Virus record (IMG/VR): IMGVR_UViG_3300037193_000639
Span: 11,557-75,556 of that record
Strand: one strand, 5' to 3'
DNA: 64,000 nucleotides
Origin: a virus
Shown: positions 19,253 through 29,123 of the stretch, piece by piece
How the letters are laid out: every line of letters starts with the position of its first letter
Numbering within the stretch: the stretch's first letter is position 1
Made by a program: the position numbers and the translations under genes
Notes under the pieces: model-generated
What the model saw: only the letters and a program-made list of their open reading frames with translations
The model's database searches: none
Told to the model about the DNA's origin: nothing

Positions 19253-20113
19253 GTGTCAAATATGCTTTTAGGCTACCCGAATAGAGCGGATGGCTGCACA
19301 TTAAGTAGCGGGTCATGGGAAGCAACACTCCCCTTGAATAATTTGAAAAATCGTACGTTGGGCAAAGTAGCTAGAACAACAAACGATTCGTTGTCTAGTA
19401 CGAAGTTTGATATTGACATGACTTCTGCAAAATTAGTGAACGTTCTAGCACTCGTAAACCACAACCTCTCATTGGATGCTCAGTTTCGAATTAGAGGGTC
19501 TACAGCCAGTGACTTCTCTGTAAACAGTTATGACTCAGGCTGGCTAGAGGTATGGCCTAGTGTGTATCCGGTAGAAAGCCTTGATTGGCTAGATCCTCGT
19601 TTCTGGGATGGGAAATATTCTGAAGAAGAAATCTCTGGTTACACTACGGCACTAATCCATGTCCTACCTTCTACAAAAGTCTTAAGGTATTGGCGTGTCG
19701 AATTTGATGATACTGCGAATGCTGCAGGGTATGTGCAAGTTGGACGACTTTTTATCGGCCCGACTTGGGAGCCAGAAGAAAATGCAGCCACAGGTGCTGC
19801 AAGTATTGGGTGGGAGACTAAGACGGATATACAGGAAGCTTTAGGTGGTTCTGAATTTTTCCAACGCAGAGCACCTTTCCGTGTATCACGTTTCACGCTA
19901 GATATTCTAAGTGAGTCAGAAGCATTTTCTAATGTATTTGAAATTCAACGTCAAGCAGGCGTCGATCAAGAGGTGCTGTGGATTCACAATTCAGATGACG
20001 ACATACACCAACTGAGGAGACGATTTCTTGGCCGACTCAGGCAACTTAGTGCAATCGAATATCCATATGGAAATTTGAACAAAACAGCTTTTGAAGTGAA
20101 AGAACTTTTATGA
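19253..20113 (+). CDS. Tail tip protein (distal-tail-like)
   Basis: Synteny; NHNLS...RYWRVEFDD...YVQVGRLFIG motif. Confidence 0.65.
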   Translation: MSNMLLGYPNRADGCTLSSGSWEATLPLNNLKNRTLGKVARTTNDSLSSTKFDIDMTSAKLVNVLALVNHNLSLDAQFRIRGSTASDFSVNSYDSGWLEVWPSVYPVESLDWLDPRFWDGKYSEEEISGYTTALIHVLPSTKVLRYWRVEFDDTANAAGYVQVGRLFIGPTWEPEENAATGAASIGWETKTDIQEALGGSEFFQRRAPFRVSRFTLDILSESEAFSNVFEIQRQAGVDQEVLWIHNSDDDIHQLRRRFLGRLRQLSAIEYPYGNLNKTAFEVKELL

Positions 20114-22374
20114 CGCAAGTAACGGTAAACGGTAATACTTACTCTGATGACGGCAGTGCAGCAAGGGATATGCTTGACGGGGGACATCGCGATTGGTTTT
20201 TCCCCCTCATCTCTGATACCATGACGGATACAGCGTCTAAAGTCACATCTGCAGCAAACTCTGCTTCTGCAGCCGCATCTAGCGCATCTGCTGCTGCGAC
20301 AAGTGCATCTACGGCAGCAAGTGCACCCGGCACAAGTGCAACATCTACTACGTCTTTGACAATTGGCACAGGAAGTAAATCCCTCACAATTCAGACTGGT
20401 AAAAGCATTGTCGTAGGGATGACAGTTAAGATAGCTTACACAACAAGCCCGACTAATTGGATGGTAGGAGATGTAACTGCGTATAACAGTTCTACTGGTG
20501 TACTCGATGTGAATGTTACGCACACAAATGGCAGTGGTACTCAGGCTGCTTGGACAGTTAGTCTGTCTGGTGTACCGGGGACAAATGCTGCTAGCGTTAG
20601 TGTCTCAGGATCGACAATTACTGACAACTTCACTATTACAGGATCTACCAAAACATATTTTCCCGTTGTAACTACAGCTATAGGGAAAAGTTTAACAGCC
20701 CCTGATGCAACAACATTAGAGGAAGGTCTGATGTATGTCATTGACAATCGAGATGGAGGTTATCCTGTAGGCTTCCGTGACTCTACTGGGGTATTAGTTG
20801 GAGCCTGCGTTGCCGCTGGTGGTATTGCTGAAGTATGGCTGAAGGATAATTCTACAGCCGCAGGATCATGGGAAGTTTCAGGTAATAACCTCGAACCCGG
20901 CCTGATCACCATCGACAACACGTTCAGCAGCACATATAGCGCGACGGTTCACAAGCCATTTGTTGCGCTGGATGATAACAAGTCAATCCACTTTCTGACG
21001 ATTGCTTCTAACGGTTTTGCCGCTGTTGCAGTGGATAAGACGACTGGGGCTGTCGGTACGCCACTAACTATTACAACCACTGCAAGCTCAGTACCAAAAG
21101 CAGCTTTCAGAGTCACTGCAACAACAGCAGTTGTTTTCTTTGGGGAGAGCAACAACGTTTTGCGTGCTGCCGTTATTACTCTGTCAGGGGCAACTACTTT
21201 AGCTGTCGGAACATCACTAGATTCAACAGGGACTAACAGAGCTGTAGAAGATTGGAGCGGTCCTCCTAAAATAGCCCAGCTTGATAGCACACATTACTTA
21301 GTATCCGCTGCATCAGCCACAGGGGCAGGGGTTACAGAAGTATTCGCTATGGAGATTACAGCAGGCACAACTATTAATTGGGGGTCGGCTGTAAATATCA
21401 TTGCAGCTAATAACGTAGTCAATAGCACCACAACCTACGCTCTGACGGCGACGACAGGGCTGGTGCTATTTGCAGAAGGAACGAATCAGCCTCGCGCAGT
21501 AGTTGTTAGTGTTAGCGGCACTACTTGTACAGTTGGAGCTAAAGCAAGCTCTCCAATAGCAGGCGGGAACGCAGCAGGCCCAGCCTTAAGTTGCTTACTA
21601 AGCTCTACAAAATGCTTAATTGTGCAGAGTAACAATAGTGATCACCCAAACGCCGTGGTGTTCACTATAAGTGGTACTTCTGTAACAGCAGGGGCGCAAT
21701 TACTCATTGAAAGTATCGACCCCGGAGCACCGTATTGGACTTATACGTTACAGTCTGCTACTCGACACAATCCGCATCTATGGCGTATTGACAATAACAC
21801 CGCTGGCCTGTGGTATCTGGACAGCAGCAACGTGTCTCGTGCGTTAGTTCTATCTGAAAGCGGCGGCACGGTAACTGCTGGTACAAAGCTACACAACAGC
21901 ATTAGCGCAGCAGCAGCAAACAATGTGAAAGGGGGCCTGCCCCTCCCTCAAGGCACCGGCAGTTTCTTGTCAGTGCGAAAAGCAAACGTGTCAGCAAGTG
22001 GGCATGCTGGAAGTATAAGCCTAGTACCGCACAAGATCAGCGGGACAACAATTACAGCAGGGCCAGCGAAGATTGCCGCTGCGCTTGGAACCCCAACAAG
22101 TTCTGCGTTTGTAGTCGCCGCACTGCTTTCATCAGGGGATTATTGCATCATGCCTCCCGGCTACGGCGGTGAAATGATGGTGGTAAGGACTAATGGTGAT
22201 GCTATCAACATCAAAGGTAGCCTTCCCATTCCCATTGCCGACGCTGACCCTGCGTATCCAGTGCAGGCCGTAAGTAGTAACAGAATTGTCTTCCTTTTGA
22301 AGACGACAGACTCGACAATTAACGCGAATAGTACCTTCCAGCTTCGTCTTCTCTCTGTGGAGATCGCACAATGA
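20110..22374 (+). CDS. Tail fibre / receptor-binding protein
   Basis: Ala/Ser/Thr-rich SAAS repeats, then repeated beta-blade-like units ending in SGT(T).T.G. Confidence 0.75.
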   Translation: MTQVTVNGNTYSDDGSAARDMLDGGHRDWFFPLISDTMTDTASKVTSAANSASAAASSASAAATSASTAASAPGTSATSTTSLTIGTGSKSLTIQTGKSIVVGMTVKIAYTTSPTNWMVGDVTAYNSSTGVLDVNVTHTNGSGTQAAWTVSLSGVPGTNAASVSVSGSTITDNFTITGSTKTYFPVVTTAIGKSLTAPDATTLEEGLMYVIDNRDGGYPVGFRDSTGVLVGACVAAGGIAEVWLKDNSTAAGSWEVSGNNLEPGLITIDNTFSSTYSATVHKPFVALDDNKSIHFLTIASNGFAAVAVDKTTGAVGTPLTITTTASSVPKAAFRVTATTAVVFFGESNNVLRAAVITLSGATTLAVGTSLDSTGTNRAVEDWSGPPKIAQLDSTHYLVSAASATGAGVTEVFAMEITAGTTINWGSAVNIIAANNVVNSTTTYALTATTGLVLFAEGTNQPRAVVVSVSGTTCTVGAKASSPIAGGNAAGPALSCLLSSTKCLIVQSNNSDHPNAVVFTISGTSVTAGAQLLIESIDPGAPYWTYTLQSATRHNPHLWRIDNNTAGLWYLDSSNVSRALVLSESGGTVTAGTKLHNSISAAAANNVKGGLPLPQGTGSFLSVRKANVSASGHAGSISLVPHKISGTTITAGPAKIAAALGTPTSSAFVVAALLSSGDYCIMPPGYGGEMMVVRTNGDAINIKGSLPIPIADADPAYPVQAVSSNRIVFLLKTTDSTINANSTFQLRLLSVEIAQ

Positions 22375-22838
22375 CCAAACTCTTAGTACAGGGCGAGGTA
22401 ATTCTCGCTAAAGATGTGATTGATGTTGGGGATGAGATTCACTCCGCTGACGCAATCTGCCCGAAACACGTTATCGAAGGCTGGCAGATCGTGGATGCCG
22501 AAGTGCCAAATAGCTTCACGCCTGCTGAATATACGTGGGATGGATCTTCTGTAGTTAAAAAGCCTACCACTCCTTCAGAAAAAACAAGAGAACAGTTGAA
22601 GGAAGAACGTGCTGCTGCAGTGGCCGCTATTAAAGTGACTGTAAACGGCAAAGTATTTGATGGAGACGAAACTTCTCAAGAACGAATGCAACGTGCTTTG
22701 AAAGTTGCAGAAATCACTGGGCTCAATACAACAACGTGGATACTTGCTGACAATACAGTGTCAGAAGTAACTATCGCAGAGATTTCTGAAGCTCTTGCCA
22801 AAGCCGCTCTTGCGCAATCGGAATTGTGGATAATTTAA
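22371..22838 (+). CDS. Tail fibre assembly-like protein (DUF4376-like)
   Basis: FDGDETSQERM...WILADN motif; follows fibre gene. Confidence 0.7.
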   Translation: MTKLLVQGEVILAKDVIDVGDEIHSADAICPKHVIEGWQIVDAEVPNSFTPAEYTWDGSSVVKKPTTPSEKTREQLKEERAAAVAAIKVTVNGKVFDGDETSQERMQRALKVAEITGLNTTTWILADNTVSEVTIAEISEALAKAALAQSELWII

Positions 22839-22839
22839 A

Positions 22840-24138
22840 ATGATTTACCTTTCAAACTTAAAGCCATCTCCGTATGACTCAAGAGACTATCTCTACCCAG
22901 AAGCATTTGCTACTGCCACACTTCCTCCTAGAGTAGATTTGAGGGCATATGCAGGGGAGATTGAAGATCAAGGAGTAATTGGAAGTTGTACTGCCAACAG
23001 CACAGTATCCGCTCTTGAACTAATACTTAAGCGAGCAGGTAAATATGAAAACTTGTCTCGCTTGTTTCTCTACTACACCACTCGTGAGTATGAGAACCGT
23101 ATTGGACAAGATGGAGCTGTTCTTCGAGATGCCTTGAAAATGGCAAACAAGAGGGGACTACCACTTGAATCATCGTACCAGTATAACATCAGTGCTGTAG
23201 ACAAGAAACCGTCTCCCTTTGTGTACAAAGAGGCTAAACAGCGTCTTGTAAGCTCGTATGAGGCTGTAAGAGTTGTTCGTGGCGAAAGGGCATCTACGAT
23301 TAACAACATTAAGGCTGCACTTGCCGCAGGACATCCTGTGGTTATAGCTTTGAGAGTGTTCAACTACATATTCTCTATTAAAGGCCCACTAGAAACCCAC
23401 GGCAGGATCGACACAACTAAGCCGGGAAATCTCGACTACGTTGGGAATCATGCCGCCACCATCGTTGGCTACGACACTGCTGTATTTGGGGGTATGTTCA
23501 TCGTAGAAAACTCATGGGGAGCCTCTTGGGGAGACAATGGCTACTGGGGAATGCCCTTTACAGGTGTTGACAACATCTATGAGGCTTGGGTAATTAAAGG
23601 CTTCAATGAAATTGGTGAAGACTACTCGCCTGCAAAGGTACGTGTGAATCAGTTGTACGCTGCTTTATTCGGGCGTGGTGCAGAAAAAGGAGGACTAGAT
23701 TATTGGGTAAACCAACTTTCATCCATGTCTGCACCAGAAGTAGCACAGATAATGTACGGGGTTGAGCCAGCCAGAGTGTACTACCCGACAGGAATCACTA
23801 ACCAACAATTGATCGAAAAATTTTACATCAATGTTCTTGGCAGATATCCAGATGACGGGGGACTTGCTTTCTGGGCTAATCGACTTGACAGTGGGCAATC
23901 AGTGGGGCAAGTCGTTGTAGATATTGTCGATGTCCTTGCAACATACACAGGAGATAATCCTTTATCCAAAGCATCACAAGACTTGTTTAACAACAAGGTG
24001 AGAATGGGTCTATACACAAGCGTATCTCTTGCCTCCGACAACATTGATGTCGCTTCTGTTGCTTTCAACGGGCTAACACGGGATGAGCAATCAGTATATA
24101 CAGCCAAGTCAAACGTCATAGACGTTATTGGATACTGA
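22840..24138 (+). CDS. Papain-like (C1) cysteine protease fused to C-terminal DUF4214-like repeats
   Basis: LPPRVDLR, DQGVIGSCTAN, GNHA and ENSWGASWGDNGY; C-terminal LYAALFGRGAEKGGLDYWVNQL and FYINVLGRYPDDGGLAFWANRL. Confidence 0.85.
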   Translation: MIYLSNLKPSPYDSRDYLYPEAFATATLPPRVDLRAYAGEIEDQGVIGSCTANSTVSALELILKRAGKYENLSRLFLYYTTREYENRIGQDGAVLRDALKMANKRGLPLESSYQYNISAVDKKPSPFVYKEAKQRLVSSYEAVRVVRGERASTINNIKAALAAGHPVVIALRVFNYIFSIKGPLETHGRIDTTKPGNLDYVGNHAATIVGYDTAVFGGMFIVENSWGASWGDNGYWGMPFTGVDNIYEAWVIKGFNEIGEDYSPAKVRVNQLYAALFGRGAEKGGLDYWVNQLSSMSAPEVAQIMYGVEPARVYYPTGITNQQLIEKFYINVLGRYPDDGGLAFWANRLDSGQSVGQVVVDIVDVLATYTGDNPLSKASQDLFNNKVRMGLYTSVSLASDNIDVASVAFNGLTRDEQSVYTAKSNVIDVIGY

Positions 24139-24180
24139 TTGCCATATTATCTACGAATTCCAATAATACGAAAGAAAAAC

Positions 24181-24468
24181 ATGGGTTGGGAACTAGGAAT
24201 TACTATAGCGATGACTATTATCGGTGGACTGGCTGGATGGGTGTACAACTCCCTTAAAGGGGAAATTAAAGCCCTTCGTGAAGAAAAGAATGCATTAGCA
24301 GAGAAGGTTCAAGAGCATGAGATTCGTGTAGCTCGCGATTATGCTCTGCGAGATGATCTGGAAAAGCTTGCCAAGGCTTACAAGGAAGATTTGGACAAAT
24401 TGATGACAGCAATGTTTGCAAAGCTTGACAGGATTGAGAGCAAGCTAGACAACAAGGTGGATAAATGA
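24181..24468 (+). CDS. Putative holin/antiholin-like membrane protein
   Basis: One N-terminal TM helix plus coiled coil, directly before endolysin. Confidence 0.6.
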   Translation: MGWELGITIAMTIIGGLAGWVYNSLKGEIKALREEKNALAEKVQEHEIRVARDYALRDDLEKLAKAYKEDLDKLMTAMFAKLDRIESKLDNKVDK

Positions 24469-25034
24469 GTAAAGAAGAGATTGTGTTAGATGAGATGGCT
24501 GTGAAAGTAGCCATCAAAATTATCAAGATGTTTGAAGGCTGTGAACTTCGTGCATACCCAGACCCTGCATCAGACTTGTATAAGGTGATGGCTGCACAGG
24601 GGATCTTGAAGAAATATCTGAAAGGTTTGTGCGACATCCCCAAAGAAATGCTGAAGGATTTTGATGGCAAGCCTTGGACGGCAATGTGGGGTGAGACAGA
24701 AGGTATCAAGTGCGGGGATGTGTTCACACAAGAGCAAGCTGATGAGCGTCTTGAGAAGCGTGTGCGCGAGTTTATGAAGGGTGTGCTGAAGGCATGTCCA
24801 CAGCTTAAGAAAGAGCCATATACTCGTGCAGCTGCTTGTACATCATTTGCTTACAATATCGGACTCGGAAATTTTGCTAAGTCCACTGTCTGTAAGAAAA
24901 CGATGGAAAAGGAATACTTGACAGCAGCGCAATCTTTCCATATGTGGAACAAAGCCAAGGGTGCGGTCTTAGATGGCCTCGTAAAACGAAGGAAGCTTGA
25001 AGCTGACCTGTACATGTCGGAGATTCACAAATGA
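24465..25034 (+). CDS. Endolysin, GH24 lysozyme
   Basis: FEGC.LRAYPD...WT..WGET; SFAYNIG.G.F..ST; W.KA.G.VL.GLV.RR..E. Confidence 0.92.
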   Translation: MSKEEIVLDEMAVKVAIKIIKMFEGCELRAYPDPASDLYKVMAAQGILKKYLKGLCDIPKEMLKDFDGKPWTAMWGETEGIKCGDVFTQEQADERLEKRVREFMKGVLKACPQLKKEPYTRAAACTSFAYNIGLGNFAKSTVCKKTMEKEYLTAAQSFHMWNKAKGAVLDGLVKRRKLEADLYMSEIHK

Positions 25035-25165
25035 AGAAGACTGTTGCAGCAATTCTTTTATGTCTTGCTCTTACTGGCTGTGCCAACCTGAAATTCCAAT
25101 TCAGCATGAGCTATGCCACCGACAATCTTCTTGAAGACCTGAAGAAGACGGAGCAAACAAAATGA
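25031..25165 (+). CDS. Small lipoprotein (44 aa), spanin candidate; absent from ORF track
   Basis: MKKTVAAILLCLALTGC lipobox; ATGA overlaps at both ends. Confidence 0.7.
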   Translation: MKKTVAAILLCLALTGCANLKFQFSMSYATDNLLEDLKKTEQTK

Positions 25166-25572
25166 GCGATTTCTTAAGTACACTAGACATCAGGTACGTT
25201 GGAAAGAATGACGAAGAGAAGTGGGAACTGCTTCAACCTTTTGTGTACCAGTCTGATGTTGCTGGCATCACTATTACAGTCCCCGCAGGTTATATCACCG
25301 ACCTTGCCAGTGTTCCTCGATTTCCTCTTGCATATTGGTTGACAGGAGGGAAAGCAAAGCTTGCATCTGTTCCTCATGACTTCCTTTGTGAAACCAAACT
25401 TGTAAGCCGAGAAATGGCTGATAAGGTGTTCCTAGAGGCTGCTGAATTGGCAGGAGTACCGGGATGGCGTAGGAGTGTGATGTGGACGGCTGTGAGGGCC
25501 TATGGAGCACTGTCCGGTAAGGATACTCCAGAACAAAAGCCCATCAAACCTGAAGACTTTTACATCGGCTGA
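25162..25572 (+). CDS. DUF1353-like protein
   Basis: VPAGYITDLASVPR...HDFL...AD.VF.EA...AVR..G motif. Confidence 0.8.
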   Translation: MSDFLSTLDIRYVGKNDEEKWELLQPFVYQSDVAGITITVPAGYITDLASVPRFPLAYWLTGGKAKLASVPHDFLCETKLVSREMADKVFLEAAELAGVPGWRRSVMWTAVRAYGALSGKDTPEQKPIKPEDFYIG

Positions 25573-25626
25573 TGGGCAGTAATTTTACAGAATAATTTCT
25601 AGCTCGTTATGACAGAGAGCTTTCTA

Positions 25627-25660
25627 GGGCGCTGCTTCGGAAGGGGCAGCGTCCTTTTTC
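25627..25660 (+). terminator. Intrinsic terminator at the convergence of late and replication operons
   Basis: GGGCGCTGCTTC-GGAA-GGGGCAGCGTCC then TTTTT. Confidence 0.85.
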
Positions 25661-25663
25661 GTT

Positions 25664-25960
25664 TTAGGCACCCACAATCTCATCAAACGCCCCAAACAGC
25701 TCTGCCATCTCTTGAGCTTCTTTAGTGGCTTCCTTATAGCTTGCCTTGAAGTATTTGGTAAGAATCTTCTTCAACACCTTTCCTTCAACCGTAGTGCTCT
25801 CCACGCCAGCTACAGCAGCTTCTACTTCATCTTTGAAGTCTTGCTTCGCAATTGTTTCATCGTCCAATGCTGCAAAAGCTCGCTTGCGATACTCCTTCAG
25901 CATGTCTGCGTCGATAGTGATGTTACCTTCTTTGGTTTGGATAGTGATTTTGTTGCTCAT
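25664..25960 (-). CDS. Small helical protein, possibly dsDNA-binding (T4 DsbA/GapR-like)
   Basis: 98 aa helical charged pattern; weak resemblance only. Confidence 0.4.
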   Translation of the reverse strand: MSNKITIQTKEGNITIDADMLKEYRKRAFAALDDETIAKQDFKDEVEAAVAGVESTTVEGKVLKKILTKYFKASYKEATKEAQEMAELFGAFDEIVGA

Positions 25961-25974
25961 TAAATTTCCTCTGG

Positions 25975-26345
25975 CTATTTAAATAGAATGTTGTATGTTG
26001 CTCGTGTAAGCAGTAATGCAAGAAACAGCATCAGTAGCACATTACAAACAGTGATGGTGACTGCTGCAACAAGAATGCCAAGCGGCAGTCCAAGAGCAAC
26101 GAACAGCATGCGTAGTAGAATGTCATATAATTTATTCATGGTTGAAAATGGAGGCTTGGTAGTGAATCAGAGTGAACTTTCTGCTCTAAGTAGTAATACA
26201 ATTCATTGCCATCGACTTTGAACATATTGTCAATCTTATCCGATGTTGCAGCCACTAGAGCATACAAATAGTTTGCTTCTTCTTGTGTCTCTACGGTAAT
26301 TTTGAAAGGCTTGAAACCATGTTCTGCGTTTTCTTCAAATCTCAT
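25975..26345 (-). CDS. Two small hypothetical genes: membrane protein 25975-26139 and 26136-26345
   Basis: MNKLYDILLRMLFVALGLPLGIL... is hydrophobic; MRFEENAEHGFKPF... follows RBS AAGGAG. Confidence 0.55.
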
Positions 26346-26383
26346 ATTGTCTCCTTTTGGCGGGAGAAATCCCGCCGTGTTGT

Positions 26384-28108
26384 TTACATGCAAGCAGTGC
26401 ATTCACCTTTGGAAGCTGTCACTCCTGCCTTGCTGTAACAGTAATACAAGCCAAGAATCAAGGGGTTCTTAAACGCTTCCGTGTGCACCTCGGCAATATA
26501 CTCTTCGTCTTCTTCAGCACTAAAGAAAAGGTTTAAGCTTTGTCCTTGGCACAGATAACGTTGCCTTCCTGCGGCAAGTCGCAGGATAGCTTTCTGATCA
26601 ATTTCAAAAGCGGTTTTAAATACCTTCTTTTCATCCTCAGTTAACCAGCTAACATTTTGTACGCTACCTTGCGCATCAGTTAACTCCTGCATGTGCTTTT
26701 TATCATACACACCACGGTCTTTCATCAACTCAAGAAGAACTGGGTTTGCACGATCCACTTCTCCTGCTGGCGTTAACTGTGTGAACGTCATAGCAGGGTC
26801 AGGATTAATTCCTTCACTCACCCCCGCCATCAGCAAAGCGCTGCTCTTAGTCGGAGCAACAGCAGTCCTGTGAGTATTCCTTACACCAAAACCCTTGCAC
26901 CACTCCGGTTCACCAAACTCCTTTGCAAGCCATTGAGAAGCTTCTAGCGTCTGGTCGTGTATGTGCTTAAACAGCTCATTGTTCCACATGTGAGCTTCGA
27001 AACTTTCAAAAGGAATTCTCTTCTTTTGTAAGTATGTATGGAACCCACACACACCTAACCCAAGCGGTCTTCCAAGTTCAGTAAACTGTACAGCTTTCTC
27101 TAGTCCCGGAACACCTCCAGCATTCTTAATGAAGTCTTCAGCTACGCAGTCCAAGAACACATGAGCTATGAATACCGCTTTCGTAGTCTTCCACTCATCC
27201 CATCTCGCAGCGTTCATGCTGGAGAGGACACAAGTGTATGTCAGATTTTCGTTGCTGTGCAGATGAATTTCGTTGCACAATTGCGCCGCAATGATTTTCA
27301 ACCCAAGTTTCTTATACATCTCAGGGGAACGCTCATTCACCTTGTCTTGGAAGAAGAAGTAACCCTTCCCTGTCTTCATTTTTACAACAAGAGCAGTCTG
27401 GAATCTGTTGTTAGCATCTTCGTCTCCGTTCTCAAGTCGCTTCACGAAATCATCAGAAATGTTCCAACCAATATTCAAGCCATCTGGAGCTTCTTCTAAG
27501 TAGCTTGACACTTCATAGAAGTCTCCGTGCTCGATTGGAAGATAGCCAGCCCAAGCTCCACGCCTATTGCTGCCCTGAGCAACATACTGCATATCCTCCA
27601 CAAAACCTTTAATAACTGGCAGCACACCTGTACTTACAACACCTTTGCTTGTAACACTCCCGCGAGGTTGGATGCCTCCAAGGTAGGATGCCGTCCCAAA
27701 GGCATTCTTAGTAAGTACAGCCACTTCGTGCTTTGCTTTGTAGATGCCATCAATACTGTTCGGGACTACGTTGCCAGAGCATGACACACTGTATCCACGA
27801 TTTGTCCCAGTATTGCCAATAACAGGTGTAGAGCCAGAAAGATTCCCAACCCACATCTGATCAAAGAAAGCATCTTTCCAAGTATACTCTGATCCAAACT
27901 CATTCTCCCACCAATCAGGGTAATACCCTTCCACGTATTGTGCGAGAGTGTTTGCAATTCGCTGGTACTGCTCTTTTGGTGTTGAGGCATCATACATATA
28001 TTTGGCTTTGAACAGTTGCCATGCACCTGTACTCCACCAATCTTGCATCTCCTCTTTTGCTTGCAATTCTTTACGTTCTTTACTTAGCTTCTCGTACAAA
28101 CTATCCAT
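26384..28108 (-). CDS. nrdA: Ribonucleotide reductase class Ia alpha subunit (no ATP cone)
   Basis: SCSG, QGSNRRGAWA, QLCNEI, TCVLSS, AVAPTKSS, QGQSLN, GLYY and terminal C..C. Confidence 0.93.
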   Translation of the reverse strand: MDSLYEKLSKERKELQAKEEMQDWWSTGAWQLFKAKYMYDASTPKEQYQRIANTLAQYVEGYYPDWWENEFGSEYTWKDAFFDQMWVGNLSGSTPVIGNTGTNRGYSVSCSGNVVPNSIDGIYKAKHEVAVLTKNAFGTASYLGGIQPRGSVTSKGVVSTGVLPVIKGFVEDMQYVAQGSNRRGAWAGYLPIEHGDFYEVSSYLEEAPDGLNIGWNISDDFVKRLENGDEDANNRFQTALVVKMKTGKGYFFFQDKVNERSPEMYKKLGLKIIAAQLCNEIHLHSNENLTYTCVLSSMNAARWDEWKTTKAVFIAHVFLDCVAEDFIKNAGGVPGLEKAVQFTELGRPLGLGVCGFHTYLQKKRIPFESFEAHMWNNELFKHIHDQTLEASQWLAKEFGEPEWCKGFGVRNTHRTAVAPTKSSALLMAGVSEGINPDPAMTFTQLTPAGEVDRANPVLLELMKDRGVYDKKHMQELTDAQGSVQNVSWLTEDEKKVFKTAFEIDQKAILRLAAGRQRYLCQGQSLNLFFSAEEDEEYIAEVHTEAFKNPLILGLYYCYSKAGVTASKGECTACM

Positions 28109-29089
28109 TCAATCCTTTTTCCACACAAAACGGTTTTTAACCCAATCTCTTTGATATTCTCGGCCTACACCTTGAAAGAAGTCGTTCATTTGGTAGTCAT
28201 TGATGCCTTTATAGAACCAATCTGAAATGGGGTTGTACTCAACAATGTAGTTTCGGTCTACACCCAGATAGTCCAAACACAGGTTAATACGGCTTTGCAC
28301 AAAACGTTTTAGCTGCAAATCTGTGACGCCTTCGATTTTACCGTGCTCAAAAATCTTATCAATAATTTGACATTCATGCAGATAAATCTGATCAGCAGCT
28401 TCTTTTACAGCCTGTGAAAACTCTTTCAACTCTTGGTCGGTACGTTCTTGTTCTTTCAAGGCAACACGTACAATTCCGCTCCCTCCGATTGCATGAAGAT
28501 TCTCGTCCCGTGCGCTCATGTTGATGCCACGATTGATGTTTTGAACCTTGTTTTTCCCTTGACTTTGGAAATGCTTAAGGAATGCAAAAGCGCTGTACAA
28601 TACAGCCCCCTCTACAATACTAAACACCGCAGTAGAAAGCTCATCATCCTTACTTTCAATCACTTCTTCAATGAACTTCATTCGAGAAGACAGGGTAGGG
28701 TCATCTAGATATGACGTGTAAAACTCATAATTTGCCAGACCAAGCTCTTTATTAATTTCATTGTAAAAAGGTGCATGGCTATTTAGTTCAACATGTGCAA
28801 AAGCAGCAGACATCCGTTGGATACCCACATGTGGGTAGGCTTTGGCAATTCTACTCCCCCAATGTTCACTCCCGACAAACAGCTCGTACTTAGTGAACAG
28901 CTTCAACGTAGAGATTGTGCCGTGCTTCTCTGCCTCAGTCATACCAACCAAAAGGTCTTGCTTATCTTTTGCTACATTAATTTCGTTCCAAGGCCAGAAG
29001 ATTTTGATTTGGTCATCTGCAAGCTTTGAAAATTCAGGGTACATGTCTACATACCCATCCTTCCATATCTTAATACTGGCTTCCTTCAT
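28109..29089 (-). CDS. nrdB: Ribonucleotide reductase beta subunit
   Basis: FWPWNE, E.NSH..FY, VEGAVLYSAF, RDENLH, DFF....EY. Confidence 0.93.
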   Translation of the reverse strand: MKEASIKIWKDGYVDMYPEFSKLADDQIKIFWPWNEINVAKDKQDLLVGMTEAEKHGTISTLKLFTKYELFVGSEHWGSRIAKAYPHVGIQRMSAAFAHVELNSHAPFYNEINKELGLANYEFYTSYLDDPTLSSRMKFIEEVIESKDDELSTAVFSIVEGAVLYSAFAFLKHFQSQGKNKVQNINRGINMSARDENLHAIGGSGIVRVALKEQERTDQELKEFSQAVKEAADQIYLHECQIIDKIFEHGKIEGVTDLQLKRFVQSRINLCLDYLGVDRNYIVEYNPISDWFYKGINDYQMNDFFQGVGREYQRDWVKNRFVWKKD

Positions 29090-29123
29090 TAAACCCTTTC
29101 TTGTAATTATAGCCTACCAATTC

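Noticed and set aside
20110-22374. Diversity-generating retroelement or invertible tail-fibre cassette
   Set aside because: No reverse transcriptase, invertase, or duplicated template repeat seen.
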